Made by a program: the position numbers and the translations under genes. The notes under the pieces are model-generated. The model was not told where the DNA came from and did not search any database. It saw nothing but the letters and a program-made list of their open reading frames with translations. DNA of 64,000 nt from a virus: the IMG/VR virus record IMGVR_UViG_3300036792_000176, positions 23,998-87,997 of that record. The stretch is one strand, 5' to 3'. Shown in pieces: positions 51,701 through 61,530 of this stretch; position 1 is the stretch's first letter; each line of letters starts with the position of its first letter.

Positions 51701-54180
51701 TAAACGTCGATCGATGCTACGGTACCGGCAGTCTCTATGTGGAGAAGATTCCAGTCAGATCCGCCCTGAGTGCTGTCCCCACCCTTCGGAACAGCCAGCG
51801 CAAACCTGATGCAGTTATCGGTAGGCGTACCGCCGCCATAGAATCCCGAGAATGTGAATGCAGCCAGGTTGAACTGCGTTATTGCATCCGACCCAGGGAA
51901 GTCAGTTCCGTCGGCCGCGAGGGATGGCGTGCCCGTCCATGTTCCTGCGGTACCGCTACCTGCGCTGCCCATCCACTGCGGAAATACCGTGGCTCCAGAA
52001 CCATCTTCCATCGGATAGTACACGACGGGCTGGCTAGCACCGGTAAGCATTGTCATGTAGCGGTAGTAGGCGCTACCGATATTCGTCTGCGAACGAGACA
52101 GGCGACGCCATATGCCTGATACGGTTATCGAGGAGTAGACGTCGTTGCCGCTCTGGTCAGATGTAGGCGGCCACTCGCTTACCTCGCCGTAGAATCTGTA
52201 TCCGGCGTACGAGACGCTGCTGAGCGACTCCCCGTAGACGTATATCCTGAATGGGGTGTTCAGCTGGATATACGGGTAATAGGGTCCTGATGCATTCTCA
52301 GGAGAGAATCTTCCGTCTCGGTTGTTGAGGGTAAGCGTCAGCTGGCCAGGCTGAATTTGGCTGCTTTCATTCGGCCGACCCATGTCTGTTATCTGTATAT
52401 CGTTGCGCTGATAAACATAGGCGGATATGTCCACCCATGTACCGTTGATGTATATCTGTACGACTATCCCGAGAACATTAGTCGGGAAAGGCTTAGGAGC
52501 TCCTGTGGAAGTTACGCTACCAGAGCCACCAGACACACCGACCCGTGCGCCCACGCCAGACACGAAAGCGCCCTGATTCGCGGAAACGGATCCTACGCCG
52601 CCCGCCGTGCTTACGGATGCCCCGACACCCGAGACATTCTTGTTCTGCGTTATGGTGACGGATCCTGCGCCGCCAGCTATACCAACCGATGCGCCAGTTC
52701 CGCTAATGTTTACGTTGCCGCTGTTGGTGGCAGTTACAGAACCGATACCGCCAGCTATACCTACCGACGCTCCGACACCGGTTACGTTAACTGAACTCGT
52801 TGTGGTTACGGATCCGACGCCACCTGCAGCGGTTCTGGCGGCACCAACACCCGTTACATTTACCGTCTTCGTTGCGGTAACGCTACCTACGCCACCGGCA
52901 ATTCCTTCAGACGCACCTACGCCAGTGACATTTATGCTCGTGGTCGGTGGCGTGTTAACGTATGCTACGTAAGATGTGCCAGTTGGATCACTTCCGCCTC
53001 CGTAGTCGCCACCGTATGCATACCCGTACATATTGTTGACGGGCTGCACGTATGTCGACGACCACAGATTCGTCCATGTTGAGCCGTCAGGAGATGCATC
53101 CCAGTATATAGTTCCGGCGGACTCTCGGATTCGCCACCATGCGTGGTTTGTGGCATTGTACGCCATGCTGCCAACGGTGACGCTAGAGAAGTTCTGCGTC
53201 AGCTGTGCGTATAGCGTACCACCGCCATAGTACATCTCCGGACCATTGCTCTTGTCCTGTGTAGGCTGGAGACCAGTCTGTGCAGAAGGAGCTATGTACG
53301 GAAACATCTCTGCGTAGAATGAAGACCCGACTAGCGAAAATACGCCAGTGCTCTGGATCCACGAGTCGTATGCCGTGTCAGCCTGTATGCTGCAGCGTCC
53401 GCCAGAGACCGCTACGGTGCCGCCAGAGTTGCCCCATACAGTTGACAGGTCATTCGTAGAGAAGTTGTCTACGAGCGTGGACATAGCCGGAGCGGCCTGG
53501 GCTACCACGAACGTTAGGCCAGCGCCATATGCGGTAGTGTTAGTCGAGAAGTTGCCGCTATCGACTAGGTTGGCATTGTTGGCAGGATTGGCCTTGTAGT
53601 TGATCTGGGCGTGAACGTTACTGGCCCCGGACACCGGGTATAGCTGGGCGGACGTGTACCCGGATCCAGACTCAGTCCAGGTTACGGTAGCCGAAGTCGC
53701 TTCCTGCACCATGCAGGAAATAGCGAATCCACCAGTGAATGGATAGTATGTTGTTGACTGGGAGAAGACTACGGTAGCGGTACCGGTGCCAGAGCCAGAG
53801 CTGCTGTACGTTCCGTATGTGTACAGAGGATTGACATTAGCGTTGCTCAGCTCGAATATGGTACAGTCAACCGCGAAGGTCGTGCCCATAGAGAATGTGA
53901 AGGTAGGGGCTGCGTCCCCTCCCGCAGCTACCTTGTAGAATGCCTGGACGATAGCCTGGGAGCTACCTGCCCCAGTTGTGTTCTTGACCGGACCGACGAG
54001 AGGGGACCAACCGGTAGCAGTTGTGAATGAGTTGGCCGCGGCTGTGCTGCATCCGCCATCAAGGACGGCTACCAGAACATTGCCTGCAGTTGGTGACTGT
54101 CCGTACACACCGAGGATAGATGTGCCGGACGTTACCCGTGTGGCCTTACCTATGCTGCCAACTAGAGCAACATTAGTCAC
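48733..54180 (-). CDS. giant multidomain minor tail / receptor-binding protein
   Basis: 1815 aa; WWRIRE lectin-like domain, 24-aa repeats, LTLNNRDGRFSP hub-like region, Gly-rich C-terminus. Confidence 0.85.
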   Translation of the reverse strand: MTNVALVGSIGKATRVTSGTSILGVYGQSPTAGNVLVAVLDGGCSTAAANSFTTATGWSPLVGPVKNTTGAGSSQAIVQAFYKVAAGGDAAPTFTFSMGTTFAVDCTIFELSNANVNPLYTYGTYSSSGSGTGTATVVFSQSTTYYPFTGGFAISCMVQEATSATVTWTESGSGYTSAQLYPVSGASNVHAQINYKANPANNANLVDSGNFSTNTTAYGAGLTFVVAQAAPAMSTLVDNFSTNDLSTVWGNSGGTVAVSGGRCSIQADTAYDSWIQSTGVFSLVGSSFYAEMFPYIAPSAQTGLQPTQDKSNGPEMYYGGGTLYAQLTQNFSSVTVGSMAYNATNHAWWRIRESAGTIYWDASPDGSTWTNLWSSTYVQPVNNMYGYAYGGDYGGGSDPTGTSYVAYVNTPPTTSINVTGVGASEGIAGGVGSVTATKTVNVTGVGAARTAAGGVGSVTTTSSVNVTGVGASVGIAGGIGSVTATNSGNVNISGTGASVGIAGGAGSVTITQNKNVSGVGASVSTAGGVGSVSANQGAFVSGVGARVGVSGGSGSVTSTGAPKPFPTNVLGIVVQIYINGTWVDISAYVYQRNDIQITDMGRPNESSQIQPGQLTLTLNNRDGRFSPENASGPYYPYIQLNTPFRIYVYGESLSSVSYAGYRFYGEVSEWPPTSDQSGNDVYSSITVSGIWRRLSRSQTNIGSAYYRYMTMLTGASQPVVYYPMEDGSGATVFPQWMGSAGSGTAGTWTGTPSLAADGTDFPGSDAITQFNLAAFTFSGFYGGGTPTDNCIRFALAVPKGGDSTQGGSDWNLLHIETAGTVASIDVYLKPNGDLELQGLNSSGGSLFISTGTNNYQGVPVLLSVELTPSGSTVNAALRTIAPGGTSVIESITASTTGSIGAVTAILVSRAGVLTNTAGGQLSVHYNIPSITAAAMALGGNSGETAIARFERICTEMGIAYEVIGTTSLAMGPQYDGTLAAVLQTIESTDQGILYETRDQLGLGYRTYSSLINQSAALTINYAGNVLSAPLVPSYDDQYINNDVTVQNYDGYTYKLQLVTGVRSILAPPNGVGDYPGNPVSVVLKNDSDVSTVAQRVLFPGVASALRIPSVSVNLATAEAQSIFSAVPSMRIGDYLAISNPPAWLVGSQANSLAWGYTETINNFSWTFSFNTVPEAPYQSGFNPGTTVGGQSTGTAVTGGQSGAAALTGAQIGPASVTASSVSSSVTYNIGTTVVTVAASPPGNPAVGNIWIDSANYYQLNNWDGNNWIPIVWAGFQVLGSGTITTDLLVANSITAALIAAGAINGQSITAASIGTTSLTASTLNGCTVESSSFVIDDISDGAILVYAQTNITTTYNGGSSVWLCPSGTQFARVQCWSGAAGGGAHETSGGGGGEYAEEPQLAVTPGNSYSYTVGAGGAGATAPNASTAGQNTAFAGDNTTVLANGAPSVPYQTYGPGWGGNGSNNTIHYPGGNGGASSTHGSLGGGGGGGGSSAGPASSGNDGASTTSNAGGAGGPAPAGGAAGGAGSAYGTGNGSNGNPPGGGGGGTGSATGTGGTGNNGKIIVTAVRRQLIAAISAVAGTDPYSNNYPLGVLAGLLTLTASGTPPVPAAGMSSLYANTSGTPAAILPSGFVGSLPVRQNDTTTKVVTGSTMSAVSIAWPYSAFDGQINTTYTLRANGFGSTGSVSSVLSFCINGITGQAAAINIGATFMANSDQFEWSAEFTIAIKTTGSSGTCSVSGKVQMGVYCGSPLTGTTQLPVSSNSPNASSAFIGGNSPVSIDTTTASNITLQAGWGNTAGSPSITGVFSSLERTGP

Positions 54181-54219
54181 CTTAACACCTCCGTCATGAC
54201 AATTAGATCAAGCGAAGGA

Positions 54220-54681
54220 TTAGCTGCAAGTGAATGTAGCGAGGCCGAGCGACGGGTCTATGGTGTACTCCCAGGTACCGCTCACGCTAGTCTGCGTTCC
54301 GCCAAAGTCGATGATCGCTATGACCGGGGTGGCAGCGTCAGATCCGGCACCTATGGACGAGTCGAATATGAATGCTGATGCCGCTGCGATGCTTACGGAT
54401 GTACCGTATACGATCGGGCTTGTACACGTCCACTTTATAGTATTCGTAGAAATAGTCAGGGCGAGGCTGGCCAGAGTCACGCGAGCGTACCCGCCGCCGG
54501 TGACCTCGGTGTATGCACCAGTAACCGAAGAAACATACTGGTAGGCTTGCTGAGTGGCACCCCACGTAGCAGCGGAAGCTGTGCACAATCCCATCTTGAT
54601 TGTGTCAGCGTCCATGTCAACGGTTTTGCCCGTGAGGAGCAGCTTCTGGTAAGCGGGGTAGAGGTGGGATGTTACGGCCAT
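54220..54681 (-). CDS. virion structural protein
   Basis: IKMGL...EVTGGGYAR...IDFG motif typical of tail-associated proteins. Confidence 0.65.
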   Translation of the reverse strand: MAVTSHLYPAYQKLLLTGKTVDMDADTIKMGLCTASAATWGATQQAYQYVSSVTGAYTEVTGGGYARVTLASLALTISTNTIKWTCTSPIVYGTSVSIAAASAFIFDSSIGAGSDAATPVIAIIDFGGTQTSVSGTWEYTIDPSLGLATFTCS

Positions 54682-54690
54682 GATGGCTCC

Positions 54691-57600
54691 TTACTTGTTT
54701 CTTCCGAATGCTGCCTGGACATTTCCGCCACCCTTGACCCGTACATTATTGCGTATCCACTCGAGCATGAACTGGTCAAATGTCTGGTTACCACTAGAGC
54801 CAATCTCGAAGACAATGGGAACGGAATCATTGGGCCCTATAACCCGCTCTGGCTTGCCTGTCCCGTTGTAGGCCATCGTTAGACCAGGCTTTAGCCAGCC
54901 ACCATTGTCGTACCAGTTGTACTGCTGTTCGTGGGCAGCCGCTCCTATAGGACCGCCGTAGCTGGACGCCATGTAGTCCCACATCCACATGATCTGCGTA
55001 CGCGGGTCGCTAGAGCCACCGGCCCAAGAAGGCCATGCGGCCTTTGGCATCTTGTTGTACGGCAGCGCCTGCGCTATTCCGTACGCACCCGAGGTCGGGT
55101 TGTCCGCGTACTGGTTCCACCCGGACTCTCGCATGGCCACGTAGTTCCATGCGCTCCATATCGAGGGGTCGCTAGTGTACTGCGGGTATATCATCTTGGC
55201 TAGAAGGGCGTTCGCAGAAGGTGACCCGCCGCCGGTTGCTCCGGTAGCGCTACCCGGCCCAGCGGTGCCTGCGTTAACGGCATTCTGCAGAACTTGCTTC
55301 CAGTAATCAACGCTCTGGTGGCCGAATCCTAGAACGGTCTTCTCAGCCCAGTTCTGCGATATGGCAGATGCCCAGTTCTCGGGTCCAGCTAGATTTATCG
55401 GGCCGCCGCTAGCGTACTTTCCGTGGTTGATAGCATCAAGGAATCCGTATCCGTACTTCTTGACAGCGTCGGCTTGTATCATGTATTCGCCGTTGCTGGC
55501 CCATATGAGATTCTTGTCTTCCTTCGGACCGCCCGCACCCCAGATCGGACCGCCACCAGCCTTGAAGTCGATCATGTCGCTGATCTTCTGGTCGGCCGCA
55601 GTACCGCTAGCTGTGATCACGCCGCTACCGGCTACGGCTAGCCTGACGCTTACCGTGGTGCCATGTAGCGCATTTATAGCCGCCTGAAGTTTAGGTAGCG
55701 AATGCTGCCAGAGATAGTCAGTCTGGCTCTTCGTGAGACCAAGGGAGTCTTCGGCGAACGCATAAAACTCACCCTTGGCCAGAGTTACATTTCCGGTAAG
55801 GTGATAGAGGGAGTTGGCAAGGTTGTACGCGCTACCTTGATCCTTCTCAATATTGCTCTTGTTATTCAGGACTGCGGTAGCAAACTGATCGAATACCTTC
55901 TGTCCACCGGTGGCCTGGAATATAGCCGCCGCCATTGCATTATTCAGTGTCGTGCCAAGAGCTGTCGATAGGTTCTGTACGTCTTTGATTAGGTTTGCAG
56001 AGTCGTCTGTCAATTGGGTCGTTATGTTGTCAAGATTCTGCATCGGGTCTTTAGTCTTCCCGACCCACTGTGTCAGGGCCTTGAAACTATCCACGCCCTG
56101 GTATCCCGCTTGCTGCGCAAGACCGTACAGGATATCGGTGAGTGCCTTGCTACCCTTGGCGGCAGGCAGGAGCATCTGCACCATATCCTTGCCGGCCTGG
56201 GTGAGCATATCGGTGCCCTTCTGTCCCAGTCCAGCCGCACCAGCAAGGGTGTACAGATTGTTGTACTCTGTCTGTGCAGCTTGGGCTGCAGATACTATGG
56301 ATCCTCTTAGCGCAATATTGCTCTGCCAGAGCCCTGTGGCGTTGCCCTTAGCAGCCTTGCTGTCTACCGATACTGTCTGCAGTGCCTGCGAGAACGCTAC
56401 AAATCCAGACTCTCCTGACGTTAGCGTTCCGAAGAATGCACTCCATCCTCCGGTGACCCTTGATATGTCAGATGCTGTCTGCAGGCTAGCAAAGTCAATC
56501 GCATTGATGCTGTTTGTGAGAATGCCACCCTGTACACTTATGTTCTTGTACCCGGTTATGAGGTTGTTTACCTTCTGCTTCTGAAGATCGAAGTTATCTC
56601 CGGACTTTACCCCGGCAAGGTCCATGAGAGCCCATGCCTGGGACACAGAGTACCCTTGCTTTACAAGATATCCGGTCTCCTGGAACAAATATGTCTGCGA
56701 CTGAGTGAGATTCTCTATTGCTTTCTTGTAGGTCTGGACATCCTTAGTGGCCTGCCCCATTGCTGCACCGGTTGACAGGTATCCGGGGTCGAAGATGCCC
56801 TTGAATACATCTCCGAGGGCCGCGAGCTGGTGCCCAAGGGATACCGATGTATTGAATGTCATGCCGATGTTGTGCCCAAGGAACTGTACTTCGTTTCCGG
56901 CCTCGTTGAATGCGCTAGACCATCCCTTCCACTGCTGCAGAACATTAGCTGTGCTAACCGTATTGATCTGATTGTTGAGCTGTCCTATCGCGCCGGATAT
57001 TCCAGCTATGGCAGATCCGCCGCTAAGCTGGTTGAGCGCATCATTGATATTCGCTATGTTGGCAACGACAGACCTATCCGCCGCATTCCACGCCTTGACA
57101 AGCTCGTACGTTCCTAGCGCCATCAGGCCTAGTGCAGGATTATGGGCCACCTGGACGATTAGTTCGCCAACTGCCTTTATTGGCCCGCCCATGAGCCCGA
57201 ATCCCCTGCTCATGTTCACGAGAAGGCCACCCAGAACGCTACCCCACACGTACATGGAGTGCATCCCCAGTCCAATCTTGACGATCGGACCGGGAAGCTG
57301 CGAGACAACATCAAGAAGTTTAGCGCCAGCACCAAGTATGTCCAGGAGGAAGTGAGCGGTGCCGGGGTCGTCCTTGACCAAATGGTCTATCGCACCACCA
57401 AGGCTAGCCATTACATGGACCCACTGTCCCAGGAAGCCTATGCTAGCATTCATGAGGCCGTTTATGCCACCCTGCTTGCTCGACCATATGTCAAGCTTTG
57501 CGATCCAGTCATCGAACATGTTGACAACTGTTTTGGCGGCATCGGCATATGCGCCGGTCTTTTGGTTTACCAGGTTGAGCGCTCCGCCGTAAAACTCGAT

Positions 57601-59016
57601 GGTCTGGGGAGCCATAGCCTTGGAGAGGGCATTAAACTGGCCGGTCAGAGGAGGAAGCGACTGGCCCAATGCTAGTGATACATCGTTGGTGGAGGTAAGA
57701 TTGGTGAATAGGTCAGTTGCAGTTTTGACCATAACAGAGATCCCGGCGCCAGCTGCTATCATAGCACCGCCGACTGACAGAAGAGTCTCCATGATGCCAT
57801 CTAGTGCTACATGCCATAGACCGACACCACCGATAGTTCCGCCAAGGATACCGCCGAACCATCCGAAGCCACGCCCCGCGACTATTCCGCCTCTTCCTGC
57901 AGCCCCGCCAGCAGCAGCCAGACCGAATAGGCCGCCGCCTCCACCGCCCGCGCCGCCAGCCGCAGCATTTGCTGCGAACAGAAGACGGTTGAATGCACTA
58001 CCTGCAACGCCAGCGCCGTAAGCCGCGTACGCCCCGAAGTTGCTGAATGCTGTTCGCCCCTTGCCGACCATAAGGTTGAACAGATCATTCATGGGGTTAA
58101 GCAAGTTGAAGTATACCGCATTGCTGATATCGTTGAATGACGGGATGCTAGCGTTGCGAAGATTCCGGTAAGCGCCACCAAGATTAGCGGCCGCATTTAT
58201 CGCAGCACCCTGCATCTCGCCAACAAGAAACTGTAGCACACGATAAGAGCCTGTAGCGCCGTTTATCATGGAGTTCCAGATGTCGGCACCCGCAGGCATA
58301 GCGAAGAAGGCGTTGTACCTTTCCTGCAAATTCTTTAGCGCATCGGCAAGGTTGTTGAAGGAGGAATCTGCCTTGTCTGAGTAAGCCCCGAACCCCTGGA
58401 AATCCTCGCCAAGATTTCTGGTCTCGGTCCCAACCTTGCCCATGGTAAGGCCGAGGGCGTTCATGGCCGCGTCAACATCACGGATCTTATTCATCACATC
58501 TGGGTCTATGGTGAATCCAAACTTCTCGCTCAGATTCTGTGTCGGCCCAAATGTTGGGATATTACCAACATCAAATGTAACCGGGATATGCTCTGTCATA
58601 CCCCCTATCTTCTCAAGCTGGACCCTAAGTGAAGAGTCGTTTACGTTGAAATCAAGGATGTCACTGATTCCAGCCTGATTTATTAGGCGCTTCAGGAGCA
58701 TCAGCTGGGTAGTTATTCTACCGGGCGTGATGTTTATATCTGCTATGTCAGCGATGCCGAGGGACTGTATCTTGGCCTTCATGGCCATGAGGGATGACCC
58801 CATATCGCTTGTGTCTATCTTCCCAAAGGTCATCCCCTTCATCTCATCGTTAAGCTTCTCCATCTTATCTACGGCATCATTGACGCCAGAGCTAAGATTG
58901 TCTGTGTTTATTCCATTAGCCGCCCTCTTCAGCATCTCCATATCAGCTAGGGCACGGGCGAATGCCGGGCCACCGGTATAGTTGGCCTTGATCAGGATCT
59001 CAACTTCATTCGCCAT
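54691..59016 (-). CDS. tape measure protein with C-terminal lytic transglycosylase
   Basis: ~1440 aa Ala/Gly-rich helical protein; SNGEY; RESGWN..A.NP.SGAYGIAQALP. Confidence 0.9.
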   Translation of the reverse strand: MANEVEILIKANYTGGPAFARALADMEMLKRAANGINTDNLSSGVNDAVDKMEKLNDEMKGMTFGKIDTSDMGSSLMAMKAKIQSLGIADIADINITPGRITTQLMLLKRLINQAGISDILDFNVNDSSLRVQLEKIGGMTEHIPVTFDVGNIPTFGPTQNLSEKFGFTIDPDVMNKIRDVDAAMNALGLTMGKVGTETRNLGEDFQGFGAYSDKADSSFNNLADALKNLQERYNAFFAMPAGADIWNSMINGATGSYRVLQFLVGEMQGAAINAAANLGGAYRNLRNASIPSFNDISNAVYFNLLNPMNDLFNLMVGKGRTAFSNFGAYAAYGAGVAGSAFNRLLFAANAAAGGAGGGGGGLFGLAAAGGAAGRGGIVAGRGFGWFGGILGGTIGGVGLWHVALDGIMETLLSVGGAMIAAGAGISVMVKTATDLFTNLTSTNDVSLALGQSLPPLTGQFNALSKAMAPQTIEFYGGALNLVNQKTGAYADAAKTVVNMFDDWIAKLDIWSSKQGGINGLMNASIGFLGQWVHVMASLGGAIDHLVKDDPGTAHFLLDILGAGAKLLDVVSQLPGPIVKIGLGMHSMYVWGSVLGGLLVNMSRGFGLMGGPIKAVGELIVQVAHNPALGLMALGTYELVKAWNAADRSVVANIANINDALNQLSGGSAIAGISGAIGQLNNQINTVSTANVLQQWKGWSSAFNEAGNEVQFLGHNIGMTFNTSVSLGHQLAALGDVFKGIFDPGYLSTGAAMGQATKDVQTYKKAIENLTQSQTYLFQETGYLVKQGYSVSQAWALMDLAGVKSGDNFDLQKQKVNNLITGYKNISVQGGILTNSINAIDFASLQTASDISRVTGGWSAFFGTLTSGESGFVAFSQALQTVSVDSKAAKGNATGLWQSNIALRGSIVSAAQAAQTEYNNLYTLAGAAGLGQKGTDMLTQAGKDMVQMLLPAAKGSKALTDILYGLAQQAGYQGVDSFKALTQWVGKTKDPMQNLDNITTQLTDDSANLIKDVQNLSTALGTTLNNAMAAAIFQATGGQKVFDQFATAVLNNKSNIEKDQGSAYNLANSLYHLTGNVTLAKGEFYAFAEDSLGLTKSQTDYLWQHSLPKLQAAINALHGTTVSVRLAVAGSGVITASGTAADQKISDMIDFKAGGGPIWGAGGPKEDKNLIWASNGEYMIQADAVKKYGYGFLDAINHGKYASGGPINLAGPENWASAISQNWAEKTVLGFGHQSVDYWKQVLQNAVNAGTAGPGSATGATGGGSPSANALLAKMIYPQYTSDPSIWSAWNYVAMRESGWNQYADNPTSGAYGIAQALPYNKMPKAAWPSWAGGSSDPRTQIMWMWDYMASSYGGPIGAAAHEQQYNWYDNGGWLKPGLTMAYNGTGKPERVIGPNDSVPIVFEIGSSGNQTFDQFMLEWIRNNVRVKGGGNVQAAFGRNK

Positions 59017-59571
59017 CGTCACCCTCCTCTTCGTCTTCTATGTGCCCTAGCTGATGGATCTTCAGCATGCTTATGATGCCGGCTTCCTCTTGCCTTACCT
59101 GACTAGGTAGCGCCTTGAATCTGTCACAAAGCCCTATGATAAGCTCGGCATCCTGGAGCTCTTTCGGCTTTGTTACTACACGCCCAGACCGAGTGATTCT
59201 TCCAGCGAATCGCTTCCATTCGCGGAGTCTTTTCCCAGGTCATCTGAGACCCCGGCCATGGCGCTCTGCCACTGGGATAGAATCTCCCTTATGACAGGCT
59301 GCTCCTGGTCGGCGCATCCCTCGACGGTGTGAGGCGTTGGCGTGCCATCCTTGTTCTCGAGATTCCACTCGACCAGATAGTCGAGGAACCTCTGCAGAAC
59401 CTTGTCATTGTTGTCTGCCACTTCCTGGCCGGTGGACGCCTTCCAGCGAAGCATCTCGTTGAACTCTGATATGGTGCACGAGCCAACCCTGACCTTGAGT
59501 CCATCCAGCCAGGACCCCTTCTCGAACTTGAGGGTGTACACGGTCGGCTCTGGGCGGAATCCCATTCTCAT
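59006..59571 (-). CDS. tail assembly chaperone: short form 59176-59571 and -1 frameshifted long form
   Basis: slippery G GGA AAA at 59236-59230; -1 frame is open (..LCDRFKALPSQV..) to TGA at 59006. Confidence 0.85.
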
Positions 59572-59604
59572 TCTCCTTGTTGAATTTCCCGGTACCCGGT
59601 TGGA

Positions 59605-59637
59605 CCTCCGCCCGCGACCGGGCAGCGCGGGCGGAGG
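59605..59637 (-). terminator. hairpin after the major tail gene
   Basis: CCTCCGCCCGCG/CGCGGGCGGAGG. Confidence 0.65.
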
Positions 59638-59653
59638 CGATAGCAGTGTTAAG

Positions 59654-60082
59654 TTATGCGTGAGTTGTCCAGGTAGGGGCGTTGCCGTCAGCGAGCTGGC
59701 CCGGTACCTGCCAGGTGAGCTCGCCCGTGTTCGCCCGCGTGATCTGGTAGTCGGTCAGGATGTTGTTCACCACCAGGGAAGGAAGCCCTGTGGTGGCACC
59801 GAGCGGGTCGATTTCGACGGACCGCACGACGTTGGTCGACGGGATGGTCGAGAAGACAGCGTGCGACAGGTTGGCCGCGGTGTTGAACACACCGTTCAGC
59901 GTCACCGTGTAGTCAGCCAGAAGAAGAATCGTCTCGTTGGCGAACTTGTCGACGCCGGTGACGTTCTGCGTCGCCCGCGGAGTCGTGAATGCGTAGTTGG
60001 TGACGTCGTTCGTTATCGTGCGCGGCGTGGGTGTGGCGTCGGCCACGATGATCGCGCCGCCAAGGCCGGAAGTCTTTGCCAT
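59654..60082 (-). CDS. major tail (tube) protein
   Basis: position before the chaperone; optimal codon usage; MAKTSGLG. Confidence 0.75.
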   Translation of the reverse strand: MAKTSGLGGAIIVADATPTPRTITNDVTNYAFTTPRATQNVTGVDKFANETILLLADYTVTLNGVFNTAANLSHAVFSTIPSTNVVRSVEIDPLGATTGLPSLVVNNILTDYQITRANTGELTWQVPGQLADGNAPTWTTHA

Positions 60083-60085
60083 GAT

Positions 60086-60565
60086 TTAGCCTCTCTGAAC
60101 TATCGTTGCAATTGCATCCTGGTGAATCGAGAAGTCCTCGACCCAGTCCTCCGGCCGTGTGTGGACACGCCTTGGTATCTGTCGTGGGTTACCGCGCCAG
60201 TCGCCGCCGGTAACCGTGTAAACATGCGGCCTTCCGGTAGGCATCAAGTGATCGTGCTTCTCACCCGCGAAGCCGCGCTGCCCAGGAGGGTACACGAACT
60301 TGAACACGTACATGCTCTCGCGCTGCATGCTGTACTTGCGCGTCTTGTCATGCGTGACATAGTCGTACTGCTTCTTGCCGAGCTCTGTGCTGATGTCCAC
60401 GGTAAGGACGCCACCTTCGAGAAAGAACTCGCACTCGTATTCCTCGCAGCTGACGCGATGCCAGTGCGACCTAAGTGGTAGCGACATGTTGTACGTCTGA
60501 ACGTCCTGCGGCTGAAGCCTAGGCGTTATCCTGTTCAGCGGTCCTGGCATCATGCGAGGCGGCAT
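60086..60565 (-). CDS. hypothetical protein in the tail module
   Basis: intact ORF, translationally coupled. Confidence 0.7.
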   Translation of the reverse strand: MPPRMMPGPLNRITPRLQPQDVQTYNMSLPLRSHWHRVSCEEYECEFFLEGGVLTVDISTELGKKQYDYVTHDKTRKYSMQRESMYVFKFVYPPGQRGFAGEKHDHLMPTGRPHVYTVTGGDWRGNPRQIPRRVHTRPEDWVEDFSIHQDAIATIVQRG

Positions 60566-61515
60566 TAGAACAATACTCCCGGGGTTAGGTTCTGGTTGAA
60601 TGCGACCACGAAGAGCGCGTACGAGAATGTGCCCGTCGTTGCGACCTTCAGGAACTCATTGACTGTCGTGGTGTTGCTCACGGAGCCACGGACTGCCGCT
60701 GGCGCTGCAGTTAGGCTACCGAAGTCGATGAGCGATGTGTACGTGCCGCCGCTTGTTGTGGAATGTGTTATGGCCACATCGATACTCGAGCCGACAAGCT
60801 CAATCAGCTGCAGGTAAGCCTGAGCGCCGTAGTTAGACGCAGCACCCTGGTCATATACCGAACCGACAGTAGGAGCGGTATCTACCCTTATTCCTGGGGT
60901 TAGTAGCTTGCACCATTCCGTGCCGAATCCGTCGGCGGTTATCTCGGCCTGGAAGGTGAGCGCTCCGGTGTTGTCCCTAGTGCCATCGTAGTTCAGCTGA
61001 ACGCCACGCATGCAAGCAGACGCATTCCCGATGGCCGTTCCACGTGCATATGTGCATATCTCGTCAGCCCTCGGAAGTGGCGCTAGGGCGTTGTGCTCCG
61101 CCCCAAGAGCGAACCAGTTCCACGTAGGAGCTGCCGAGTAGGTGATCGCGATGTTGCCGCCTACCGGCACACTGTACGTACCGGCAGCAGTTCCAACGGT
61201 TACCCCGTTCACAGAGACATTGGATATAGTTCCACCGGTTATTGTCGCATAGACCGGAACGTTGTAAGTGTTTGGAGCAGGAGTAGTGCTAGCAGGGACC
61301 CCTGGTGTTACTATGGCGGGGGCATTCTCGAACAGCGATGTGAACTTCATGGTGCCGGATCTAAGCCCGAACAGCCTAGCCTCCGCGACCTGCTTTATCG
61401 TGGTAGCCTCTATGGCAGCCGGACCACCACTAATCTGGTCAACAGAGGCAATGTCTCCTGAAAGATCATAGCCCCCGATGTAGAAATTGTCTCCTAGCCC
61501 GGACTGCTTAGACAC
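60565..61515 (-). CDS. structural protein, possible tail-tube paralog
   Basis: MSKQSGLG start resembles 59654-60082; beta-rich. Confidence 0.6.
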   Translation of the reverse strand: MSKQSGLGDNFYIGGYDLSGDIASVDQISGGPAAIEATTIKQVAEARLFGLRSGTMKFTSLFENAPAIVTPGVPASTTPAPNTYNVPVYATITGGTISNVSVNGVTVGTAAGTYSVPVGGNIAITYSAAPTWNWFALGAEHNALAPLPRADEICTYARGTAIGNASACMRGVQLNYDGTRDNTGALTFQAEITADGFGTEWCKLLTPGIRVDTAPTVGSVYDQGAASNYGAQAYLQLIELVGSSIDVAITHSTTSGGTYTSLIDFGSLTAAPAAVRGSVSNTTTVNEFLKVATTGTFSYALFVVAFNQNLTPGVLF

Positions 61516-61530
61516 TTTACGCTACCTCCT

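Noticed and set aside
53012-53026. CCGTATGCATACCCG as another operator copy
   Set aside because: It lies inside the tail gene encoding GYAYG and not in an island, so it is probably chance.
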